From Callorhinchus milii (lineage: Eukaryota), in assembly GCF_018977255.1 (NCBI RefSeq), contig NW_024704743.1, forward strand, positions 29,762,001 to 29,826,000: 64,000 nucleotides of DNA, written 5' to 3'. How positions within the stretch are numbered: the first letter of the stretch is position 1; the number at the start of each line of letters is the position of its first letter. Of this stretch, positions 1 through 12,791 are shown piece by piece. A program made the translations under genes and the position numbers. The notes below the pieces were generated by a model, which saw only the letters and a program-made list of their open reading frames with translations, did no database searches and had not been told where the DNA came from.

Positions 1-3000
1 TAGTTTGTTATTGGTGGTGATGAACACTGAAAGTGGCAGTATAATATGTTATAGTGAATGTTGCACTGCTGAACACAAACAGACCTACAAAGATTGATGG
101 TATTGGTTAGAAACGTATTAATACACTTCTTGCTATAATTAGTGCAAGGAAAGTTTTAAGGATATCCTGAAAATTTTCTCCGCTGCTCCTCTCAGCTTCC
201 AACTTTGTTTGCCTACAAATATACAGTCACTACACTTCACAGTAAATTTGGTGAAGTGCTTTGAGACGTCTCGATCATGCGTTAAGGCACTGTATCAAAT
301 ACAAGGATTATCATGTTATTATCCCTCACACCTAGCTTCTACCAGCCACCTGGCTGCTGGTGGCCAGGAATGTGGAAAAGCCCCCAAGTTAAAACAACAA
401 CTAATATGGATTAACAACCTCATTCTCTGCCTACATGAGGAAACTAACTGCAAAAAATCAGCTTCCTGTTTTTTACTGGCAAGCATAACGCTGAATGGAA
501 TTCTTACTCATATGAATTTTTTTTGCTAAACTAAATTTGAGAAACAACTTCAATTATTTTTGATTCAGTTATCCGGTCTACACGTGATCAAACTGCCAAG
601 GCAGCAATCTAGGGCGACCTCCACTGTACAATCTTTGATTCTAGGTAGTCGACGGAAAAACTGAATGTTTGAGTAGAGAATTCAAGCGAGTTAAACTTGT
701 TTTTAAGGATTTATCTTAGATTTGTCCATCAGAGAAAAGAAAAAGAAACAAACTGTGTGCTGCAAAACCATAATCTTTTTCATGTGAGTTGTCAGCATGT
801 AAACGATAATTGGTGTGCTGGAGTGACAATATTCAATATACTGAGCAATGAAAACATGAATAATTGGGCAGCATTTTATGTTTGGAGCAGCATAATATCT
901 TTAACAGCTATGACCATACCACCATTTCTCTATAATGGGAGTGAATGGGAAGTGATTTGATGGACTGGAATTCCACGCTTGGATTAAATATGCGTTCATG
1001 TGGAGTCAAGTGCAATAATTTTATTTTAATAATAAAGCAAAGTTGTCATTAAAGCTAATTGTTAGTTTCTGCAGGGGGACTTTGAACATTTACAAATGAC
1101 AGATTGTTCCGCTGTAGAAAAAACACCACCCAATGAGGTATTAATCATCATTTTATGTGCAGAAGTTAACTGCTTACAATATGTAAAACCTTGGAATCCT
1201 AAGGAAAGGCTTAACCTTTTTACAAGTAAACAAAGGTTTGGACAAAATCTTCTTTCTCTTTTTCAAAAGAAATAGATGTGTGTTCAAATGATTACAGGAA
1301 ATTGGGCCTATTTAATAACCCCCATCTGGCCATCCATCCAGTCATCTGACTCTATCCTCCTGAGATGGGATGTAAGTGGGATCTCCTTGGAGTTGAGCTC
1401 GCTTTAGGTGATGTGTTTGCCAACGGAATATCGGAAATGAGTCAATCCTCTGTTGCAATCTTGGTAGTCTGGTTCCTGAGGCAGACAATTCCACAGTATT
1501 CAAGAGCACTGCTGATGGCAGACCAGTCAGCCTGGTAGGACTTAGAATGATAGACCATTCACAGGGAGGCAGAGGCCCAGATTCTTCTCACTCAACTCCT
1601 TTTAACCCTGTAAACCAAAGTCCTAACGGATAGGTGGATTTAGCTAAACAATGCAGTGGTAAGCGCCAGACAGTGCGAAAAATCTGACTTAAAACAGTTG
1701 CTCAAAATAGTAATAACATAACAATCTTTGCATTTGATATACCATCTTATTACATCACCAAAACAACAACTTGTCTTTATATAGAGCTTTTCATACCGGG
1801 TAGTGTCTCAGAGGGCTGCACCGTGGTGGGATTGGACACCAGCAAGGCACAAGGAGGAGGAGGGGGGGGAGGAGGTCACTCTTAGCACAGTCGAAGAGAT
1901 AAGTCTTAAGGTAGAATTTAAAAATAAAGATGGGGTGAGGTGAAGGGAATGAGACAGGGAGTTAAAGAGGTTAGGGACAAAGTGGCTGAAGACATAGCCA
2001 CCGATGAAGGGGCAGGTATGTGTTAATTGAGCGAAAGGGATGGGCAGAGGAGTAGGTTACAAGCAGGTCAAAGAGGTAGGGGGAGTTGGGGAATTAAGTG
2101 ATTTTTATGTGTGGATGAGGATCTTGACATTGATCCTTTCAGACAACAGAGGAATATTGAGCAGTCTGGGAAAACTCCTTGTTCTTCTGTGAAATAGTGC
2201 CATGGAGTTCTTTAATGCCCACCTGATGCACGAGTAAAGACAGGTGAGAACTCAGTTTAAAATTAATGTAGTTGTTTAATTCAAAATGCTGTTCAACAAT
2301 TAATTGAGCTGCAAGAAGAAACCTGCATATACTAAATATTGTTATGTGGTGTATAAAATGAAGTTATAAAACCTAACATAATGAATGTCACACAGAAGTT
2401 ATACTGCATTATATGAGCTCTCCAACTTTTAAATTTACATAAATAAAGATATTATTTGGTGTCAGTAAATGTATTGAGATGTGATATATAAATGCCAAAC
2501 TTTACTCACTAACGGGGAAATATTCCATCTGGGTCTAGATGTACTCTATGTACTATCCAGAATTATGTTCTTGTAAGAACAATAGAAAATTGACTTCAAA
2601 GTTAAGGCTGAATTCAACAATTTGCCTAATTCGGGATGCTCCCGATAATGAGAGTAAATGTAGATCGAAGTGGAATTTCTTCTCATTAGTTCATGAAAAA
2701 GACTAGAAAGAGTGGTCAGGAGCATATTGCTAAGTATTATGTACAGCCATGAAGTGAATGTTCAATTTTATCCAGGGGTTTATTCACTAGGTTGTTGAAA
2801 GAATCTTGGTATTGTATTATAAAAAATATATTTTTAAAAGATTTGACATCTTTCCCTTAAATAAATGAACAGATTCAAGGGAAGCAGTTTGTTACTGTTC
2901 CACTAGATGTCCCCATTCATTGACAATGACTCTTTATTTACCTCATAGCCCTACAAATGAACAGGGCTAAATTGTATTTTGTTGTGGTGCCACTCACAGG

Positions 3001-5623
3001 ACACATTTGGGGTATTCTGTACTCAGGTTGGTACCCATTTTGCATTGATCAACAATGAGATTTAAATAATGTGGAGATGGCATGGGCTAAAAGCAGTTCA
3101 GAGTCAAATTAGCCACAGGTTGGCCACATATTGATTTACCAAAAAGAAGGCACAATTTTGAACACTGTATAGCAGTTGCTAATGATATAGGAAGGAGTCA
3201 AAATCATATCGATGATCAGATCTTGGATTGTATTGAAATGATAATGTAGTTATTTAAAACACACAATGAGAGATTATCTGTGTGGCGGAAACTGCCTGTA
3301 CACAAGAAGTCATTTGAGAGGTTATTACTAGAGGTTATTATTATTATGCAAAAACTAGCTATTTTAGGAAGCTCAAATATATGAAGAAAAGTAACATCTA
3401 TTCATATGTAAAGTGCCAGTGTTACTGGTCTGCTGATGGCCAAGCTGTATTGCGGACAACAAAATAAGTTTTCTTGATTGAATATTTCTTGATTTATGCC
3501 ACAAACACACTACAGATCGAACACGGATTTACCTAGACTTGTGTGAATGTTCAGGATGGGGGCTGCTTCTTGACAGCCCCGGGAGCCACTTCCAGCCTGT
3601 GGGCCACAGAATTGGCCACCACTGCTCTAAAGTGTCAGTCTGGCTCAGTCGGTAGCACTTTTCCTCTTGCCAGAAGGATGTGAGTTTATGCCCCATGTTG
3701 GGACTCAATCTCAACAAATTTGCTGACAGTTACTCTTGATTTATCTCACATTCCCACAAAAGTATGGGCTAAATTGTAATTATCTCACCCTACTGATGAG
3801 CGACACTGGCTGGGCTATCATCAGCAGTGCCTTGGAGTCTTGCTAAAAGACTTACATAATCTAGGCTGACACTCCAATGCAATGTTGGGGATATGATGCA
3901 TTGTCAGAAGTGCTGTCCTTCGATTGAGACGATAGACTGAGCTGCTGTCTGCATGTTCAGGTGAACCTTAAAGATCCCATGGCACGACTTGAAAAGAGAA
4001 AGGAATTTCTCCTGGTATCCGGGTCAAAAATCTCCCAAATAATATTGGTTATTCATTTCATGGCTGTTGGTGGCACATTATTGTGCACGTGATCACGTTG
4101 AAGCATCTCAAAGTGTCTCAGAAGCAGTTACTGTGTATTGCAGCAATTGATTTAATAGGCAAACACAGCACTTATCACACGGGGTGTGCTTTCAGACCCA
4201 GATATTCCCAAAGAGGCTTCATAAGGCAAAGGAGTGAAAGAACGCCAAAAACACAGATTGATAAATAGTCACCATAAAACCTTAGAGTTATAGCCACTGG
4301 TGCCTGTAACTTGGAAATGGCAACAATTGTGAAATGTTAGCATGCTGGAGCAAAAATCCTAATCAAATTTTGACTGTAGTTGAAAATGTTCTTACTAAAC
4401 TATTCCACAGGAAATTCTTACATATTTTTGGAACAAATATCGGTTGAATGATTTATTATTCATGCACAGGTTTATTTGTATGTATATAGTCTGACTCACC
4501 ACTAGAACTATTTGAAACAGTCCCACATCTGTAATAAATTCATGCTACCTTCTATGCATGTCTCGCTGGTACTTATAATAAAATAATATCGTACATTAAA
4601 AATTGTAATCAGTGATTTGAAACTGTAGCCAACAAAAAAATTGGATCTGTATAGAATGCCAAAATGGTCCAATATCTCGTCTCCTGGGCAGCCTTTGCAT
4701 TGATGTGCCCAGAATTTTAAGAGTATCTAACTCTGATTTTCTACTGATTGTGAGTTCTTTAAATATTATTAATAATAATAATAATCCTTGCATCTGATAT
4801 AGTGCCTTTCAAGTTAGGAGGTCATCTCAAAGTGCTTTGAAGCATTTACTGTAAAGTGTAGTGACTGTGTATTTTGCAGGTGAATGTGCAGCCAATATGA
4901 CACTGCAATGTCCTTCAAACAGCCATGAAGCGAATGACCAATTTTATCCTGGGGTTTATTCACTATATCATTGGAAGAAACTCTCATCTCTTTTTGAAAA
5001 GTGCCATGGGATCATTACCATCCACCTGAACAGGCAGATGGGACCTGGATTTAACATCTCATTCAAAGGACAAATTTACTCTACAAGTTTAATGTAAAAC
5101 GTGAAGAAAATGTTGTCTTTTACTGTGAAGTCAAAAATACGTAACTGAATAGAGTGAAATGTGTGTTCAGACTAAATCTAAAAACTTAAAAACCACAAAA
5201 GCAATAAAAAGAGCAAGATCATCTTTAAAAAATGTTTATTTCCTTGTCAACTACACCACAAATCTAACAATGAAAACTGAGAAATGGTTTCTTTATCATG
5301 ATCTGTAATATTCAACAAGCAGTAAACTTTTTAAATGTTTTAAATTATAAAATGCGAAAATTATGCGTTTTAAAATATATACTAATAGCTCAAATGCTTG
5401 TGATTGTAAACAGATACTATTCTCGTATATATCATATCAGTTTTTCAATGTTTGTGGAATCACTCAGATCTGATAATCCTTTGTGAATTTACACTTTTCT
5501 AAAATGAATTTTCTGTACAAATTTGAATTGTACTACGATCCATCTTAGTGTAGAGAAGATCCCAAATTTTTCATTATTCAATTTTCTGTGGTATTAATTC
5601 TAGTGTATTGACATTGAGGCACA

Positions 5624-5869
5624 TTTGCAAAGAAGTTCCACTTGAGTCTAGATTCACTCCATTTTTGTTGCATTTTAGAGCATCCAGAATTTGACAAATT
5701 CTTAAATACTGTACAGCCTTAATTTTGAAGCCAGTTTTCTGAATATTGTTTTACAAACAACACAATACTGATCTCAAAATTAAGACAATTCAACAATTTA
5801 ACAAACTCTGAATGCTCTAAAATGGATAAGTAGAGTAAATGTAGAACCAGGTGGAATTTCTTCCATAAA
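5624..5869. mobile_element. Palindromic MITE-like element; second copy at 2508-2690
   Basis: The left arm AAGAAGTTCCACTTGAGTCTAGATTCACTC..CATTTTAGAGCATCCAGA pairs with the right arm TCTGAATGCTCTAAAATG..GAGTAAATGTAGAACCAGGTGGAATTTCTT. Similar arms occur at 2508-2690. Confidence 0.6.
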
Positions 5870-7759
5870 CATTATTAACCTACCCTTGTTCTATAAGTTC
5901 AGCTATATAGAGTAGGCAAGCTGGAGGTGTTAGGATGTTGCTATACTGAAGATAATTTTTTTTGTTTACTCCAATAATAAAACAAATCCTCTAATCCAAT
6001 GCCCAAAGACATCAACAGTGCAGGTACCAGCCTCAAAATTAGAACTTAAAATATAAAAGAAAATGAGAAACAATATTTTGTTATTTATATCCAATTAATA
6101 CAGGCACTTAATCAATTAATAAAGTCTTTAACTTAAAGCTTTGTTTACAAATATTTACCTACCCGAGCACTTGTTCACGCCTTTTTAACAGTATTAGTTA
6201 TTGTCCCATCTTTAAGAAAATATGATTAACATAAAATCTTGAGTGAGTTGCATGTAACATTCATCTAGATGCTTTTTTTGGCTATATCAAAAAGTGAATC
6301 CACTTGATTAATCAAAGCCTTAAATAGACTGAATGGCTGAAATAGTGACAGTTAGCAACTCTCTCCTTTCCTCCCAGAAAACGACACAACTACGCACGGA
6401 AAAACTCTTACCAAAGGGATTTAACATTAAAAAGAGAGAAAACCACAAGCACACAATGTGGAAACGTTTTTGATGTCAGGCGCTTCTGGACAAAATCAAG
6501 TAGAATTTTGAAGTATATACTGCTTCGTGAAGAGTAATAGAAGTATATTTGTCCAATGCACTGTGTGTGACTGGCATGTGAATATATTTGTTCTCATCTG
6601 TGAGAATTGAGTGAAAAAGAATTTTGTGCATTTTTGCTCCAGATATGCTGGAAGGTAACTGTTTCAAAAGTTTCAGTGCAATGTCAAAGATGTACTTTTC
6701 TGTTGTGTATTGATTTAGTTACATTTATTATTTCAACATGTGCAGACTGAAGAAATGTTTGAATGAGCTCCAGGCCACCTGGAAACTGACCTTGTTCCCA
6801 GCAAGTGTTGGGTACAGGAATATACACACTATTGCCAAGATTGGACCATTGGAAACTGAACAGTGCTATTGATTGCAAAGGTTTACAAATAGAAATGAAG
6901 TGGTATTTTTTTTTAAAAAAAACAGTAAGACTTACAGAAAGAGGTTAGATTTTTCCATAAGAAATTTCAAACCAGCCACAGGAAATAACTGATGCCTTAT
7001 TTATAGTCCGGATCTGGCTACCAACACAAGCACTGAACTCAGCAGTAATTGGTGCCATAAACCTCGTGGATCAGTGTGTTTCTGGTGCTGTGAGTACCAG
7101 CTGAGGTGGTTTTTATCCATCCCTCTGAAGTTAGTGTCATGCGTTACTCAAAACTAAATTGAGGGTGCTGAAGGTTGCCAGTTACTAATGGAAGGCAAAT
7201 GTGTTACCACAGAAAACAGGGTATAATTCATATTGCCTGAGACAAACAGAGCATGTTGCCACAACTGGCCTAATGCTGACTGAAGTTGGGTGAGTACAAC
7301 TACATAATTTGCATTTCCAAATAACACTCTTAAGACATTACTTTTTTAAACAAATATTAATAAAATACTAGCTCACCTACCAATACACAATCACAACACT
7401 TTAAGGAAACTTTGCGAAGCAATTTGAGATATTTTTGATGTTACAGTACATGTTTTGTATAAAATGTAAGGATTTTTTAAAATAAAAAGCTATTCAGCTC
7501 CTTGGTAAGGAATACAATCCATTCTATTTCATTTTAGATCAGAAAAAAGATGAATTACTACTTTTTACTACACCAATTCGATTTCTTCCAGGCACATTTA
7601 ATGTTTTCTTTATCACATCACAAGAGGAAACACCAAACAATTTTAATGGATTTGAAACATGTGCCAATATTTCTCATTGTTGAATCATCCCTTTTGTGCT
7701 TCGAAAATTACAAAGCACATCATGGTACTGTATTTATACATTTCACAGATTTCCTCTAC

Positions 7760-9557
7760 ACTCCTTTACTCCCGCTTTATTCCCTCTCCAACAAAACACT
7801 CACCATCCAAGACCTCATCATCGATGAAAACATCAACATTCTCGCCCTCACTGAAACCTGGATCACTCCAGGCGACACCTTCACCCTGATAGAGGCCACA
7901 CCACCCGGCTACACCTTCCATCATACCCCACCTAACCGCCGTGGTGCCGGTGAGGCTCTCATCTCCCAGTCCCCGCTCGGCCTATCCCCTTACTCCTCTG
8001 GAACTTTCCCCTCCTTTGAGCACCTTACCCTTTATCAACCCTCCAACCTTTCCCTCAAAATTTTCCGTATCTAACGACCACCTCCAAGCCCTCCCCCACG
8101 TTCATTCCCGACATCACCACCCTCCTATTTACCCTCTCCCTCCGCTCCAAACGCCTCCTCATCCCCTCCTGCTGTACCTCTACTAACTTTTCCTCCCTTA
8201 TCTCCTCCCTCAATCTCTCCCTCCACATCCACTCTGCTACCCAAGTTCGCAGTCACCTCCTTGACCTGGTGATCACTAGGAGCCTCACCGTCTCGGACCT
8301 CACCTCATCTCACCAAAGGAAGGGAAAAGTGATCTCGGACCATCACTTAATCTCCCTTAACTCCTCAATCCCTCTCCCCACCACCACCCAACCCACCTCC
8401 ATCTCCTACTGCTCTTGGAAAAAAATCTACCCCCCCCCGCCCATCTGTCTCAGCTGCCTCGGAGTCAGCTGAACTCCTTCCCCTCTGGGCGTCCTCCCGC
8501 AATGACCTATCCTCCTCGATCACTTTTCTCCACAGCTCCCTCTCCCTCACTCTCGATTCCCTCACTCCCTCTCTTCTCGAACCAACCTCCACTCCCTTAA
8601 AGCACTGGCGCTTTCCGCTGAGCGCACTTGGCTTATAATCTTGTTCTTGTTGTGAAATCAAACCTAACTGTCTATCAGCAGATCTGGCTGGACAATATCA
8701 AATCCTACTGCTCAGCCCTCGCCTCCGCTAAATCGTCGTCCTACTCCAAGACAATCTTGGAGGCTGAGAACAACTCAAGGCTCCTCTTCTCCATCACGAA
8801 TCGGCTCCTCCGCCTACCCTATCATGTCTCGCCCATCCTCACCTCAAATGCGAGGCGATGCTGGACTTCCTTGAATCCAAAGTCGAGGGAATCCATTCAG
8901 CTGCTTCTGCCACTGCATCTCCTACTCCCTCCCCATCTCCTCCTCCCACCCTACCACCCCTCCCTCCACACCTTTAAACCTGTCTCCCTCTCCTCTCTCA
9001 TCACCACCATAACCCGTATGAAACTGATCACCTGCTCCCTCAACCCCATCCCTATCCCTCTCCTTACCTCCCAGCTCCACCTCCTTGACCCTCTACTCAC
9101 TGACATCATAAATCTCTCCCTGTCCACTGGTACTGTTCCCACCCCATTAAAAACCACTGTCATTACTCCTATCCTGAAAAAACCCTCCATGGACCCTTCT
9201 CTACTCCCTAACTACTGCCCCATCTCCAACCTCCCTTTCCTCTCCAAGGTCCTGAAATGAGTTGTTGCTTCTCAGCTTCGCTCCTTCCTCTCCCGCCACT
9301 CCCTTCACAAACCCCTCCAATCGTGTTTCCATGCCACCCACAGCACAGAAACAGCCCTGGTCAAAGTGACAAAGGACACTCTGTCTAAATGCATTTTGTG
9401 TTGTTGTTGTTTGGTCTCCCTCCCACCTCTCTGCCTTCCCTCACCCCTACACCACCCCTCCCCCATGCTTGGGCTCCGACACCTGACTGTTCAGCGCTTT
9501 GGGACATCCTCCCGACGTGAAAGGCGCTCTTTAAATGTATTTTTGTTGTTGTTGTTA
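7760..9557 (+). mobile_element. L2-clade LINE ORF2 remnant (APE endonuclease to start of RT) joined to an L2 3' tail
   Basis: NILALTETWI, SDHHLI, PLKTTVITPILKKPSMDP..NYCPISNLPFLSKVL and HSTETALVKV motifs with frameshifts. Tail ..GGGACATCCTCCCGACGTGAAAGGCGCT..(TTG)n. Confidence 0.9.
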
Positions 9558-10014
9558 AAAATCCCGTGGCTCAATTGAAAAGAGAATGGAGTTTCTCTCC
9601 CAGTGTTCTGGCCAAGAATCCCCAGGTAAAATCGATAATTCACTGCAATTGGCTGTATCATTTCGCCCACAAAATATTGTCAATTCACTTTACAGTATAT
9701 TCTGTGAAGTGCTTTGAGACGTCTCGAAGACGGGATAAGGCACTATATCAAATGCAAGGATTATTATTATTAGTCATAGCTGTTTTGTGGGCCATTGCTG
9801 CGTAAATCGGATGTTCTTGCTTGCCCTCAAATTACACCGTCGCTACACTTTATAGTAAATCATGTGCAGTGCTTCAAGCCGTTTCAACGATGTGCAGTAT
9901 CATATGCAAATATTATGATTCTAATTTCTAATTTTAGGACGTCTGAAAGCGCTTGAGAGAAATTACTGTGAAATAGAGCGACAGTGTATTTGTAGGCAAA
10001 CCCGGCAGCATACA

Positions 10015-10345
10015 ACAACAACAACAAGATTCCGTTTATAGAGCGCCTTTCACGTCGGGAGGACGTCCCAAGGCCGGGGCAAGGGGGAAATAGTCAGGGT
10101 GAGGGGAGGGAAGGGAGGGAGCGAGGAGGGGGTAGAGAGTCGAGAGGGGAGCTGAAGGCACAGTCAAAGAGAAAGGTCTTGAGACCGGCCTTGAAGGAGG
10201 AAAGGGAGGAAGCGGCGAAGGCACTGGGATGGAGTTCCAGAGCCTCGGGGCTGAGAGGCTGAAGGCCCGGCCACCGATGGTAGGGCGGTTGGGGCGGGGG
10301 ACGTGGAGTAGACCGGAGCCGGAGGAACGGAGGGTACGGGCAGGT
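10015..10345 (-). mobile_element. Young L2 3' end
   Basis: Minus ORF end GRAFSLSAPRLWNSIP..SFKAGLKTFLF, followed by the 3' tail and (TTG)n. Confidence 0.88.
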
Positions 10346-10486
10346 AAGCATAATTGCACCCAGCAATTCCCGCCAACAACCCTGAAACTCACGACCAATT
10401 TTTATTTGGGGGTAATCGGTGGCCAGAGCACCGGAAGAGGGTAACTCCCTCCTCTTTTCGTCCACCTGAACAGGCGGCCGGGACCT

Positions 10487-10755
10487 CGGTTTACCCAGCA
10501 GTAAGCAGGGACCCGGTTGCATTGTCGATGGGCGGATCACTCTTCCGGGGGCTAAAAGTTCCTTTTTTTTAAAAAAAATAATAATAATAAATCGGGTCAC
10601 TCGCTGCACCGCTGTTTGTGGGACATTTGGCCCACGTTCACTTTCACGGTACATATGGTCTGTGCAGCTCTTTGCGACGTGTATTATCGGAGGCAATGAT
10701 AAGGCGCTATATCAGGTGCAAGGATTATTATTATCAATATTATTATTATTATTAT
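10487..10755 (+). mobile_element. 5'-truncated long-subfamily SINE within the WRNIP1 upstream CpG region
   Basis: GTTTACCCAGCAGTAAGCAGGGACCCGG...GCTGTTTGTGGGACATT...GCAAGG(ATT)n. Confidence 0.75.
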
Positions 10756-10954
10756 GATACCTAAAGGACGGCACCTCCGACAATCCCCCCCACCCCACCC
10801 CACCGCACCGCAGCCCACCCCCCGGCACTGCAGCGGAGCCGTCGTTCTTGGGAGACGCCGCGAGTTCAAGTCGCAACTTGGGGGCTTGAACCCACAAACA
10901 CCTCCAACTCACTCGGGGGGTGAAAGTGCAATGACTGGGGGTCAGACTGAGGCA

Positions 10955-11738
10955 CAGGGGGAGGAAGAGGAAGTGAGGGGGAGAGAGGAGGGAGGGAGGA
11001 GGAGGGAGTGTGAGGGAGGGAGGGAGGGAGGAGGAGGGAGTGTGAGGGAGAGAGGGAGGAGGGGGAGAGAGAGGGAGGGAGGGAGTGTGAGGGAGGGAGG
11101 AGGGGGAGAGAGAGGGAGGGAGGGAGTGTGAGGAGGGAGGGAGGGAGTGTGAGAGAGGGAGGGAGGGAGTGTGAGGGAGGGAGGGAGGGAGGGAGGGAGT
11201 GTGAGGGAGGGATGGAGGGAGAGAGGGAGTGTGAGGGAGGGAGGGAGGGAGGGAGGGAGTGTGAGGGAGAGAGGGAGGAGGAGAGAGAGAGGGAGGGAGG
11301 GAGTGTGAGGGAGGGAGGAGGGGGAGAGAGAGGGAGGGAGGGAGTGTGAGGGAGGGAGGGAGGGAGTGTGAGAGAGGGAGGGAGGGAGTGTGAGGGAGGG
11401 AGGGAGGAGGGGAGAGAGAGGGAGGTGGGAGTGTGAGGGAGGGAGGAGGGGAGAGAGAGGGGAGGGAGGAGGGAGTGTGAGGGAGGGAGGAGGGGAAGAG
11501 AGAGGGAGGGAGGGAGGGAGTGTGAGGGAGGAGGGGGAGAGAGAGGGAGGGAGTGTGAGGGAGGGAGAGAGAGAGGGAGGGAGTGTGAGGGAGGGAGGAG
11601 GGGGAGAGAGAGGGAGGGAGTGTGAGGGAGGGAGGAGGGGGAGAGAGAGGGAGGGAGTGTGAGGGAGGGAGGGGGGAGAGAGAGGGAGGGAGTGTGAGGG
11701 AGGAGGGAGTGTGAGGGAGAGAGGGAGGAGGGGGAGAG
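10955..11738 (+). repeat. Purine-rich minisatellite, GGGAGTGTGAGGGAG core with GA/GGA spacers
   Basis: More than 20 recurrences of GAGTGTGAG in an almost pure G/A strand, ending directly at the WRNIP1 ATG. Confidence 0.9.
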
Positions 11739-12791
11739 ATGGCGGCGGGGGGGCAGGAGGTGCTGGTGCAGTGCCCTGTGTGTCAGAGGGGAATGCAGAG
11801 CCTGAGGATCAATGCTCACCTCGACCACTGCCTGGGGCGGCCCGAGCCCGAGCCCGGGGCCGGGGCCTACAGCAGCAGCAGCAGCAGTAGCGAGGAGACG
11901 CCCAGCAAGAGACGGCGCCTGTCCCCGGGGCCGGCAGCGGGGGAGCCGGGCTGCAGCCACCCGACCCCGGGGACCCCCGGCCCGGCCCCGGGGACCCCCG
12001 GCCCGGCCCCGGGGACCCCCGGCCCGGCCCCGGGGACCCCCGGCCCGGCCCCGGGGACCCCCAGCGCCGCCGCGTCCCTCTTTGCTATTTTCCAGAAAGC
12101 CCCGAAGGCGCCTCTGGGACTCGCGGCTTCTCGCCGACCCCCCGCCCACACTCGGGGCTGCAACACACCCGAGGCTTCCCCCGCGGCTCCTCCTGCCATC
12201 CCGAGACAGGGACAGGGAGAGGGACAGGGAGAGGGAGAGGGAGAGGGACTGGGACAGGGACAGAGCCTGAGACAGGGAGAGGGAGAGGGAGAGGGACAGA
12301 GCCTGAGACAGGGACAGAGCCTGAGACAGGGACAGAGCCTGAGACAGGGACAGAGCCTGAGACAGGGACAGAGCCTGAGACAGGGACAGGGACAGAGAGA
12401 GGGAGAGGGACAGAGAGAGGGAGAGGGACAGAGAGAGGGAGAGGGACAGAGAGAGGGAGAGGGACAGAGAGAGGGACAGAGACAGAGAGAGGGAGAGGGA
12501 CAGAGAGAGGGACAGAGACAGACTGTGGGTCAGAGCCTGAGCCAAACACAGATCCCAAACCAAACACAGATCCCAAGCAGAGCCCCAAACCAGACGCAGA
12601 CCCCGACCCAACGTCTCTTGTCTCTGGGAGATCTTGAGACCAAGCCTCTGGCGGAGCTCATGAGACCCAGTGTCTTAGAAGCGTTGGTCGGTCAACATAA
12701 AGCCTTGGGAGAGAACACTCTCTTGAGGACTCTGCTAGAATCGCATGAGATCCCATCTTTAATTTTGTGGGGTCCACCGGGATGTGGTAAG
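11739..12791 (+). CDS. WRNIP1: WRNIP1 coding exon 1 (UBZ4 zinc finger, repetitive linker, start of the AAA+ domain up to Walker A GPPGCGK)
   Basis: ATG in good Kozak context (GAGATGG) with an in-frame TGA 27 nt upstream (11712). [16 protein letters not shown] is a CCHC UBZ4 finger. [32 protein letters not shown] matches the WRNIP1/MgsA family. Donor AAG|GTGAGT at 12792, phase 0. Confidence 0.96.
11965..12063 (+). repeat. Coding 21-bp tandem repeat (PGTPGPA), about 4.7 copies
   Basis: Perfect CCCCGGGGACCCCCGGCCCGG copies within exon 1. Confidence 0.92.
12203..12610 (+). repeat. Coding 6/18-bp tandem repeats ([18 protein letters not shown])
   Basis: GGACAGAGCCTGAGACAG and GGACAGAGAGAGGGAGAG arrays, then degenerate CAAACACAGATCCCAA units, all in frame. 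Confidence 0.9.

Larger units (their letters stand above)
10370..12200. promoter_or_regulatory. CpG-rich region (probable CpG island/promoter) around the WRNIP1 5' end, split by a GA-rich array
   Basis: Visible CpG and GC enrichment at 10370-10920 and 11739-12200 compared with the CpG-poor background. The TSS cannot be determined. Confidence 0.6.

Noticed and set aside
6643..6654. 12-nt plus-strand micro-exon-like pattern (ctccag|ATATGCTGGAAG|gtaact)
   Set aside because: No plus-strand gene context upstream of the WRNIP1 promoter; such patterns arise by chance.
11965..12522. Regular short repeats resembling a CRISPR array
   Set aside because: Head-to-tail tandem units without unique spacers, inside a eukaryotic coding exon; no cas genes.
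10866..12611. 581-aa minus-strand ORF antisense to WRNIP1 exon 1
   Set aside because: It is open only because the GA and GC tandem repeats lack stop codons on that strand; the product is SL/PPSL low-complexity.
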